From Candidatus Giovannonibacteria bacterium (GTDB taxonomy: Bacteria > Patescibacteriota > Minisyncoccia > JACPKW01 > UBA11713), in contig JACPKW010000006.1 in NCBI GenBank assembly GCA_016186825.1, positions 3,191 to 67,190 on the forward strand: 64,000 nt of DNA, written 5' to 3'. The position numbers and the translations under genes are program-made. This document shows positions 57,047 through 64,000 of the stretch, in pieces (positions within the stretch are counted from its first letter, which is position 1; every line of letters begins with the position of its first letter). The notes beneath the pieces were generated by a model. The model made no database searches, was not told the DNA's origin, and worked only from the letters and a program-made list of their open reading frames with translations.

Positions 57047-58576
57047 ATGAATTTTATCTCACCGGGTCTCGCGGCAGCCTTGGCGCTTTTGGCAGGCGCT
57101 GTAGCGGGATATGTTACGAGCCAGTTTGTGGGCTACTACCGAAAAAATTCGGTAGGATTAAAAGTAAAGCAAATCCTTCTCGATACTAAGGCCGAGGCTG
57201 TAAAAACCTTAGAAGAGTCGAAAAAAAAGGCAGAGATTTTTATTGAGGAATCGCGCAAAGAAGCGAAAGAGCGCGAAAGCCAGCTTAGAAAGTTAGAAGA
57301 AAAATTCCTTCAAAAAGAAGACCTTGCTGAAAAGAAACAGGCGGCTTTGGATTCCGAAATGGATAACCTGAAAAAGAAAGCTGAGGAAATTAAAAAGATT
57401 CGGGAAGATGCGGAGAAGCTCGAGGCTTCAAAGCGCGAGGAACTCCAGAAAATTGCGGGGCTTTCCGAATCAGAAGCAAAAAAGGAGCTCTTGGATTCGA
57501 TCGAGAAAAAATACGAATCGGACATTTTAGCTCGCATCCAAAAGCTTGAACTTTTCGGACAGGAAAAACTGGAAGAGAGAGGGAAAAATATTTTGGCGGC
57601 AGTCATCCAGCGGCTCGCCTCCTCGACTGCGTCCGAACTTACTACAACTTCTGTCCAAATCGCTTCAGAAGATTTGAAGGGAAAAATTATCGGGAAAGAG
57701 GGAAGAAACATCCGCGCTTTTGAGCGCGCGGCAGGCGTTGAAATGATCGTTGACGACACGCCTGGCACAGTTATCATTTCGAGCTTCGATCCGGTCCGCA
57801 GACATATCGCAAAAATGGCCTTGGAAAATTTAATCCTCGACGGGCGTATCCAGCCCGCACGGATTGAAGAAATGGTTGAGAAGGCAAAAATCGAAATTGA
57901 AAAAATAATCAAGGACGCGGGAGAAAAAGCCGCTTATGAAATCGGCATTTTCGATATCGACCCGCGGCTCTTGATGCTTCTAGGACGCCTCCGCTTCCGA
58001 ACTTCTTACGGCCAAAACGTGCTTCAGCATTCCATTGAAATGTCGCATCTCGCAGGAATGATAGCTTCCGAACTCGGGGCGGACGTTAACATTGCGAAAA
58101 AGGGGGCGCTTTTGCATGACATCGGAAAAGCTGTTGATCATGAAATCCAGGGCACGCATGTTGAAATTGGACGGCGAATTTTGCAGAAATTCAATGTTGA
58201 TACGCGAGTAATCCAGGCGATGCAATCGCACCATGAAGAGTATCCCTATGAAACTATCGAATCGATCATCGTCCAGACGGTGGACGCAATTTCGGCATCA
58301 CGTCCGGGGGCGAGAAGGGATACGGTAGAAAATTACTTGAAGCGCCTCGAGGACTTGGAAAGGATCGCAAATGAATTCCCGGGCGTAGAAAAATCTTACG
58401 CGATCCAGGCGGGACGTGAAATCAGAATTTTCGTGACACCTGAAAAAGTTACGGATCTTGAAATGAAAAAGATGGCGCGCGACATTGCAAACCGCATTGA
58501 GCAAGAATTAAAATACCCCGGTGAAATAAAAGTGCACATAATAAGAGAAACCCGAGTCGCAGACTATGCCCGCTAG
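57047..58576 (+). CDS. rny: ribonuclease Y
   Basis: 509 aa; N-terminal TM, coiled coil, KH (GKIIGKEGRNIRAFE), HD domain (LLHDIGK). Confidence 0.88.
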   Translation: MNFISPGLAAALALLAGAVAGYVTSQFVGYYRKNSVGLKVKQILLDTKAEAVKTLEESKKKAEIFIEESRKEAKERESQLRKLEEKFLQKEDLAEKKQAALDSEMDNLKKKAEEIKKIREDAEKLEASKREELQKIAGLSESEAKKELLDSIEKKYESDILARIQKLELFGQEKLEERGKNILAAVIQRLASSTASELTTTSVQIASEDLKGKIIGKEGRNIRAFERAAGVEMIVDDTPGTVIISSFDPVRRHIAKMALENLILDGRIQPARIEEMVEKAKIEIEKIIKDAGEKAAYEIGIFDIDPRLLMLLGRLRFRTSYGQNVLQHSIEMSHLAGMIASELGADVNIAKKGALLHDIGKAVDHEIQGTHVEIGRRILQKFNVDTRVIQAMQSHHEEYPYETIESIIVQTVDAISASRPGARRDTVENYLKRLEDLERIANEFPGVEKSYAIQAGREIRIFVTPEKVTDLEMKKMARDIANRIEQELKYPGEIKVHIIRETRVADYAR

Positions 58577-58713
58577 GAGGTGGGTTAGTTTCACAGAAGT
58601 GAAAAATAATGCGAGAAAGACCAAAATGAGCAAAGTTGTTTTCACTTTTGTAACATGTTATGATATCGCAATAAATTCAAAGGTCGTAAATCGAGAATAA
58701 AAATATATATAGA

Positions 58714-59001
58714 ATGAACAAAGTAGAATTGGCAAGCAAACTTTGGGAAATGCATTCCAAAAGCGGAATGGATGTTTCCAAAAAACATTCAGAGGAAGTG
58801 GTGGATTTCGTTTTCGATTCGATCACTGAAGCTATGAAAAGAGGCGAGGAAGTTTCGATCGCAGGCTTTGGGACTTTCGCGGTAAAACAGAGAAAGGCGC
58901 GCCAGGCGAGGAACCCTAGAACAGGCCAGACAGTAAATGTCCCCGCAATGAAAGTTCCGAAATTTCGCGCGGGCAAGGGGCTTAAAGAAGCTGTAAAATA
59001 A
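58714..59001 (+). CDS. HU/IHF-family DNA-binding protein
   Basis: 95 aa; GFGTFAVKQRKARQARNPRTGQTVNVPAMKVPKFRAGK arm. Confidence 0.85.
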   Translation: MNKVELASKLWEMHSKSGMDVSKKHSEEVVDFVFDSITEAMKRGEEVSIAGFGTFAVKQRKARQARNPRTGQTVNVPAMKVPKFRAGKGLKEAVK

Positions 59002-59012
59002 ATTCGATCTCC

Positions 59013-59055
59013 AAAATCAAAAATCCCTCGGCAGTGCCGAGGGATTTTTGATTTT
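59013..59055 (+). terminator. rho-independent terminator after HU gene
   Basis: AAAATCAAAAATCCCTCGGCA-GTG-CCGAGGGATTTTTGATTTT. Confidence 0.7.
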
Positions 59056-59109
59056 AATTGCAATTAAATAAGTCTGTTTCCATGCAGGTGATATTTCCTT
59101 CAGAGTTTT

Positions 59110-59181
59110 TTGTTTTATGTGCGGCTGGGGGTAGTCGAAACCCCGTCTCCACTTTGGAAGAGTGGCATATTGGCCGTTATA
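59110..59181 (-). tRNA. tRNA-Gly (TCC)
   Basis: GCGGCTG/CAGCCGC acceptor, loop CTTCCAA, TTCGACT. Confidence 0.8.
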
Positions 59182-59198
59182 CGACAGCCGCGAACAAC

Positions 59199-59238
59199 TT
59201 ATTGTAGTAAAAAAAATCTTCCCCGCCAATGGCGGGGA
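59199..59238. terminator. bidirectional terminator hairpin
   Basis: A7-ATCTTCCCCGCC-AAT-GGCGGGGAAGAT-T6. Confidence 0.55.
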
Positions 59239-59245
59239 AGATTTT

Positions 59246-59434
59246 TTAATCGTTTGCGTCTTTCAGAAAATCTTTGAGCTCCTTTCGAAACTCAGGCGTA
59301 TCCTTGTGTCCGTGAGCAGAAACTGCGTGCTGGATCGAAGCATCCATCACTTCGTTTTCCGTCCCAGAAATATAAAGCGAGCAATTTTTCTCGCTAGGGA
59401 AAAGACGGCAATCCGCTGATTTTCTTTGTGCCAT
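59246..59434 (-). CDS. hypothetical small protein
   Basis: 62 aa. Confidence 0.35.
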   Translation of the reverse strand: MAQRKSADCRLFPSEKNCSLYISGTENEVMDASIQHAVSAHGHKDTPEFRKELKDFLKDAND

Positions 59435-59530
59435 GGTTTTCTAGATAATTATCTTTTTAAAACGACCTTTAAAATTTTCTAATATATTTCATAATGCTTT
59501 CTTCATGCTTTATGTTTCGAGTTTAATGCT

Positions 59531-60292
59531 TTAATTTCTAATTTTATATCCACTTTTAAACAAATACCAAACCCAATATCCCAAAACTAAGATCAGTCCG
59601 ATGATAACAGTCATGCCAATTGTGCGGTTTGAATCGGAAATTCCGATCATGGAATAGCGCAGCCCATCCACAAAATAAAAAAACGGATTGAGTTTCACAA
59701 AAATGTGAAATTTTTCAGGGAGCATAGAAAGAGAATTAAAAAGTCCGCCGAGAAAAGTAAGAGGCATGATGATAAATGTCTGCGGAATCATGAGTTGCTC
59801 AAATCCTTCCGCCCAAAGCCCGACGAGCAAACCAAGTAGCGAAAAAATCAGCGCGACCGCAACAGAATAAAAGAAAAAAAGGAAAATATGCGCAACTGAC
59901 GCCGACGTGAAAAAAAGCGCAATTATGTAAACTCCCGCGGCGACGACAACGCCGCGCGCAATTCCGCCGACCACATATCCCGTAATCATTTCTAGATATG
60001 AAAGCGGGGCGGTTAAAATTTCTTCAATATGTTTTACAAAACGCTGAAAATAGAGAGACGAAGAAGTTTGTCCGAATGCAGACTGCATAACATTCATCAT
60101 CAAAAGTCCCGGAACAACAAAATCAATATATGAAACTCCGTGGATCTCCCCTATCCTCCGCCCGACAATCTCCCCGAAAATTAAAATATACAAAAGCGCC
60201 GAAATCCACGGCGTGATCAAAGTCTGAATCCAGACGCGATAAAGTCTCGAAATCTCTTGGCGAATAAAAGTATAAAGCCCGATTGAATTCAT
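59531..60292 (-). CDS. ABC-2 type transporter permease
   Basis: 253 aa, 6 TM. Confidence 0.75.
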   Translation of the reverse strand: MNSIGLYTFIRQEISRLYRVWIQTLITPWISALLYILIFGEIVGRRIGEIHGVSYIDFVVPGLLMMNVMQSAFGQTSSSLYFQRFVKHIEEILTAPLSYLEMITGYVVGGIARGVVVAAGVYIIALFFTSASVAHIFLFFFYSVAVALIFSLLGLLVGLWAEGFEQLMIPQTFIIMPLTFLGGLFNSLSMLPEKFHIFVKLNPFFYFVDGLRYSMIGISDSNRTIGMTVIIGLILVLGYWVWYLFKSGYKIRN

Positions 60293-61032
60293 GTTTTCGA
60301 AACTCCGTTTTTTTGGAGCTCGGCGTAATGCAAATAATGATCCTCGATAGATTTTCCATCTTTGATGAGCTCTTCTTTTGATTCGAGCGCGACAAGTTTG
60401 CCGTTAAATATAATGCCGATTCTTCCGCAAAGGCGCTGGGCTTCTTCGAGATAGTGCGTTGTTAGAAAAATTGTCTTTCCTTTTTTATTAAGGTCCGTTA
60501 AAATTCGCCATAATTCGTGGCGTAGTTCCACATCCACACCAGAAGTCGGCTCGTCCAGAATTAACAATTCCGGATCATGGATCATCGCGCGCGCGAGCAT
60601 TACGCGGCGCTTATATCCCCCAGAAAGCGCTCGAAAAGGCGTATCGACAAATTTTTCCAAACCCAAATCGCGAATCACCTCCTCGCTTCTTTTTTTTCGT
60701 AATTCCTTCGGCATCCCAAAATATCCGCCCACAAAATCGAGAACACGGCGCGGAGGCGCGAAGATATCTATATTAAATTCCTGCGGTGAGAGTCCGATTT
60801 TTTTGCGAGCTTCGCGGTAATCTTTAACAACATCTAGTCCAAAAACTTTAATCCCGCCTGAATCAAACTTCCCTATTCCGGTTATAGAATTAATCGTTGT
60901 GGTCTTCCCTGCCCCATTCGGACCCAAAAAACCGAAAAACTCTCCCCTGTTAATTGAAAAAGAGATGCCATCTACAGCCACTTTATCTCCATATTTTTTG
61001 ACTAAATTGTTTATTTCAAGCGCGTGATCCAT
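60289..61032 (-). CDS. ABC transporter ATP-binding protein
   Basis: Walker A GPNGAGKTT, signature LSGGYKRR, Walker B LLILDEPT. Confidence 0.88.
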   Translation of the reverse strand: MDHALEINNLVKKYGDKVAVDGISFSINRGEFFGFLGPNGAGKTTTINSITGIGKFDSGGIKVFGLDVVKDYREARKKIGLSPQEFNIDIFAPPRRVLDFVGGYFGMPKELRKKRSEEVIRDLGLEKFVDTPFRALSGGYKRRVMLARAMIHDPELLILDEPTSGVDVELRHELWRILTDLNKKGKTIFLTTHYLEEAQRLCGRIGIIFNGKLVALESKEELIKDGKSIEDHYLHYAELQKNGVSKT

Positions 61033-61047
61033 ACTTAAAAAACTCGA

Positions 61048-62553
61048 TTACAAGTCCTGCCCTTGGTAGTCCTTATACTGCTCAATCTCGCCAATTTTTG
61101 AATAAAGAATTTTCTCCGCTCTAATTCTTGAAATATTCAGCGATTGCCACCTTGAAAACAAAGGGGAATTAATTAGTTGCGCGCGCCAGTATAGGTCGCG
61201 AGCAAAACTTTTTCTCAAATCATCATCCGCTATATTCAATATTTCGACAGTGTCAGGAATCGCATCATCAGAAAGACTGTTTAAATAATGCACATCAAGC
61301 TTACCTGTGGCACCAAATCTGTCAATATTTCTGCGGGCGATAAATGCGTCGGGATTGAGAAAGTTCATCACTGCTAAAAATAATACCAGGGAAATAAAAA
61401 CCCTTAAAGCAAAAGCGTTTTCTCTTTTATCAAAAAAAATCTTAAAGAGCAATAAAAGAAAGTTAACCGCCAATAATATTATAAAGGCATGGCTATACAG
61501 CCTTAATGTTGTAAAGCCGTAAGCTTCCTCATACAGAGATAACCGCAAAAAAGCCGAAAACATTATTAGAATTACCTGCATAACTAATGCGGTGGCTAAG
61601 ATTTTGAATCCAGGCGAATGTTCGGCCTCTTTTTTTGCAGCAAACTTTTCGGTAGTTAAAAGCACCAGCAGGGAAATAATGGCAACAGCGATTAGCTCAA
61701 AAAAACCGCGACGCGCGTACTCGGCGTAAGTAAAACCTTGAGATGAAACATTATTCTCGCCGCCAAAAAAATACGTAAATTGAACAAGAACAAAGATAAA
61801 AAAAAGAATGTTGACTGACCCGAGCAGAATTGAATTTTCTATATGTCCCAAGCTATACGTTTTATTACTCGGCTGTGCAGTAATCTGGTTTTCTATTTTT
61901 CGAAAAATGTAGGAGTACGCGCCGATATAGGCAAGCGTCGCAATCAAAACCAGAGCGGACCGAAAAATTGTTTCTGGTTCAATTTTAATTAAATCCGCTA
62001 CATATTTTCGGAAAAACAGATCAGCTGAAGAAAAAAGCCATAAAAGAACAAACAGAACAGGAGCTGTTATTATTATTCCTCTAATAATCGGCGATAAAAC
62101 TTTTTGGTCTTTATTAACGCCGCGGAGGGCAAACAAATCAGACAGCGTTTTTAAAAACGGCAAAATAAACATAATCGGAAGAAAAATGACTTTTATGCAA
62201 TCCCCCAACAAAAAGTTTTTCACCTTCTTGCCAAATACAACTTCGGCTATTACGAGCAAGATTAGCAGCGAAGCTACTATATTCAGAAATGTAAGCAACA
62301 TGCTTGAACGGGCAGAAACCATTGCGCTAAAAAATATGAGCGGCGCTATAAGCAAAAAAATTTCGTTGTTTACTTGTTTCTTGAAAATGTGGGCCAGGCT
62401 AAAAAGTCCTGCCAAAATAAGAATTACATAAAAGAGAAAAGAAATTCCAGGGACTTTTCCATAAAAAAAATAATCAAAAAATAGCCCTAAAACGAGAGAT
62501 ACTATCGCTATCAGGCCGGCATTGAAAAAATTTTCTGATTGCGAATCTTCCAT
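61048..62553 (-). CDS. hypothetical polytopic membrane protein
   Basis: 501 aa, >10 TM helices. Confidence 0.45.
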   Translation of the reverse strand: MEDSQSENFFNAGLIAIVSLVLGLFFDYFFYGKVPGISFLFYVILILAGLFSLAHIFKKQVNNEIFLLIAPLIFFSAMVSARSSMLLTFLNIVASLLILLVIAEVVFGKKVKNFLLGDCIKVIFLPIMFILPFLKTLSDLFALRGVNKDQKVLSPIIRGIIITAPVLFVLLWLFSSADLFFRKYVADLIKIEPETIFRSALVLIATLAYIGAYSYIFRKIENQITAQPSNKTYSLGHIENSILLGSVNILFFIFVLVQFTYFFGGENNVSSQGFTYAEYARRGFFELIAVAIISLLVLLTTEKFAAKKEAEHSPGFKILATALVMQVILIMFSAFLRLSLYEEAYGFTTLRLYSHAFIILLAVNFLLLLFKIFFDKRENAFALRVFISLVLFLAVMNFLNPDAFIARRNIDRFGATGKLDVHYLNSLSDDAIPDTVEILNIADDDLRKSFARDLYWRAQLINSPLFSRWQSLNISRIRAEKILYSKIGEIEQYKDYQGQDL

Positions 62554-62628
62554 ATTTATAATGGCGTACGCCCATTATCAATAAATAAAACTTATGGTCT
62601 TGAAATATTTATTCTAGAATCATTGATG

Positions 62629-62699
62629 TCGGAGAGCCGGGAATCGAACCCGGGCTTCGTGCTCCCAAAGCACGTGTACTACCTCTATACTACTCTCCG
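62629..62699 (-). tRNA. tRNA-Pro (TGG)
   Basis: C1:G72 acceptor CGGAGAG/CTCTCCG, loop TTTGGGA, discriminator A. Confidence 0.8.
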
Positions 62700-62712
62700 C
62701 TCCACATATTGA

Positions 62713-63126
62713 TTACTCACTTAATATTATATTTTTTGTCCAGCGTATTTTAGCTTTCTTTGCCTCTAAATCAAGGAAAACTGCCATTACATCTACCTGC
62801 CAATCATAATCCTCAAATTTTGAGTGCTCCGCGAGCCATGTCTGAATCGCCCGCCATAACCTTCTCTTTTTCCACGAATGCACATTTTCCTCTGGCAAAT
62901 AATCAATCAACGTGTTTTCACGTGTAACTTGTCCCTTTACCTCGATAAAATGGAGTTCTGACGGATTTCTCGAAATTGCCACGATGTCGATCTCTCCCCA
63001 CTTACGAAGATAATTCCGCTCAAGAACGACAAAACCATGTTTCACTATATGTTTCACGGCAATAGTTTCACAAACGTTGCCAACTTTTCTTTTTGATGAA
63101 GGCATATAAGTTACACGTGAAAACAA
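62713..63126 (-). CDS. YraN/UPF0102-family putative endonuclease
   Basis: 137 aa; GEIDIVAI...FIEVKG motif. Confidence 0.55.
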   Translation of the reverse strand: MFSRVTYMPSSKRKVGNVCETIAVKHIVKHGFVVLERNYLRKWGEIDIVAISRNPSELHFIEVKGQVTRENTLIDYLPEENVHSWKKRRLWRAIQTWLAEHSKFEDYDWQVDVMAVFLDLEAKKAKIRWTKNIILSE

Positions 63127-63173
63127 AATTTCTATCGGTCAATGGACTATTGGACACGACCTATTATGTCCGA

Positions 63174-63734
63174 TTAGTTTGTTTCATGTGAAATCATTCT
63201 TACTTTCTTATAAACCTCATAGCATGCCATGGCATCCGCCAGCGCTGTATGATGTTTTTCATTGCTAATACCGAGCTTTTTTGCAGTTCCACCCAACCCA
63301 AGCTCACTCCATTCGTACCCGAGTTTGCTGTAAGCATATGAGGTTATGTCAAATACTCGCTTATGGAAATCGAGTTGAACGCCGGTTTTCGTGGATGCCG
63401 CGTCTAAGAAAGCATAGTCTGTTGAAATATTCCAGCCCGCGAGAATAGTATTTTGAATTTTAGCTGAAAGCATCTTCATCATTTCCTTCAGACTAACTGC
63501 GCTTTTCCAGGCATCGGCATCATAATTACTGATGCGAAGTGCTTCAGGATCAGCGTTTTCAAGTTTTTCCGGTTTTACTTTTACGTCCCAAGATTCGATA
63601 ATTTCAAGCTTAGGTTGCGAAACTTTCACCAATCCGATTTCAACAATTTCATGTTTAGACCCTTCGAGCCCCGTCATTTCGAGATCAATAAAAGAAATAG
63701 GGGATTCATTTGTTTCAAATTCCTTACCTTTCAT
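63174..63734 (-). CDS. DEDD-family 3'-5' exonuclease (DnaQ-like)
   Basis: 186 aa; Exo I FIDLEMTGL, Exo III HTALADAMACYEVY. Confidence 0.8.
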   Translation of the reverse strand: MKGKEFETNESPISFIDLEMTGLEGSKHEIVEIGLVKVSQPKLEIIESWDVKVKPEKLENADPEALRISNYDADAWKSAVSLKEMMKMLSAKIQNTILAGWNISTDYAFLDAASTKTGVQLDFHKRVFDITSYAYSKLGYEWSELGLGGTAKKLGISNEKHHTALADAMACYEVYKKVRMISHETN

Positions 63735-63861
63735 GAAATTTCATTCTCGCATGAAAAACCGGAAGCGTAAAATTAAAAACGATTCTTTAAAAAAGAGTAA
63801 AAAAAAATTCGCTGAAAGAAAAAGCTGGGTTTCGGCAACTTGCCACGCCACTTAATATTAG

Positions 63862-63932
63862 TGGACCCGGGGGGAATTGAACCCCCGCTTGCGCAATGCG
63901 AATGCGCCGTTATGCCACTTAACTACGGGCCC
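63862..63932 (-). tRNA. tRNA-Ala (CGC)
   Basis: GGGCCCG acceptor with G3:U70, loop TTCGCAT. Confidence 0.8.
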
Positions 63933-64000
63933 GTAGAATAAGTGGCGGGGTAAGATGCCGCTTTCGCCCGCTTCCTACTGCGGGCGCATTTCCGTCTATA

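Noticed and set aside
57310-57912. 200-aa minus-strand ORF
   Set aside because: Antisense to rny. Ser/Phe-rich shadow ORF.

Overview
AT-rich (~40% GC) bacterial chromosome segment. The gene content points to a reduced-genome, CPR/Patescibacteria-like organism (inference): short Mfd, IF-2, ValRS and trigger factor, a type IV pilus operon, TrbC/VirB2-like T4SS pilins, and many small membrane proteins.

Housekeeping genes: rpsU-yqeY, HIT, hisS, lepB, pth, mfd, rpsA, gyrA, infB-rbfA, rplS, rluA-family, tsaD, valS, two hsp20 (one with a CIRCE operator), nusA, H+/Na+-pyrophosphatase, tig-clpP, gpmI, rny, HU, an ABC exporter pair, a DEDD exonuclease.

Accessory content: a tandem cluster of four T4SS-pilin-like genes (12.6-15.0 kb) and a complete pilMNO-pilins-pilC-pilB type IV pilus operon (37.8-46.4 kb).

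Sixteen intact tRNA genes were found by eye, all on the minus strand.

The most unusual region is 31.2-37.8 kb. It is a tRNA-flanked variable island holding a tandem array of paralogous anchored secreted-protein genes (MNQKGFANI... family). Each gene is preceded by a ~180-nt repeat module carrying a CCTGCC..GGCAGG palindrome and tRNA-3'-end-like sequence. One array slot is occupied by a GC-rich foreign gene with its own SD and terminator. A partial duplication of the tRNA-Phe 3' end is present.

Most striking, two loci (15293-15483 and 37556-37736) look like a tRNA gene whose anticodon loop is interrupted by ~110-130 nt that itself contains a complete, different tRNA gene (tRNA-Cys and tRNA-Arg-TCT respectively). 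The flanking halves still pair perfectly in the acceptor and anticodon stems. The sequence alone cannot distinguish a tRNA-in-tRNA intron or split tRNA from a mobile tRNA-bearing insertion.

No CRISPR, rRNA, integrase or transposase genes were seen.
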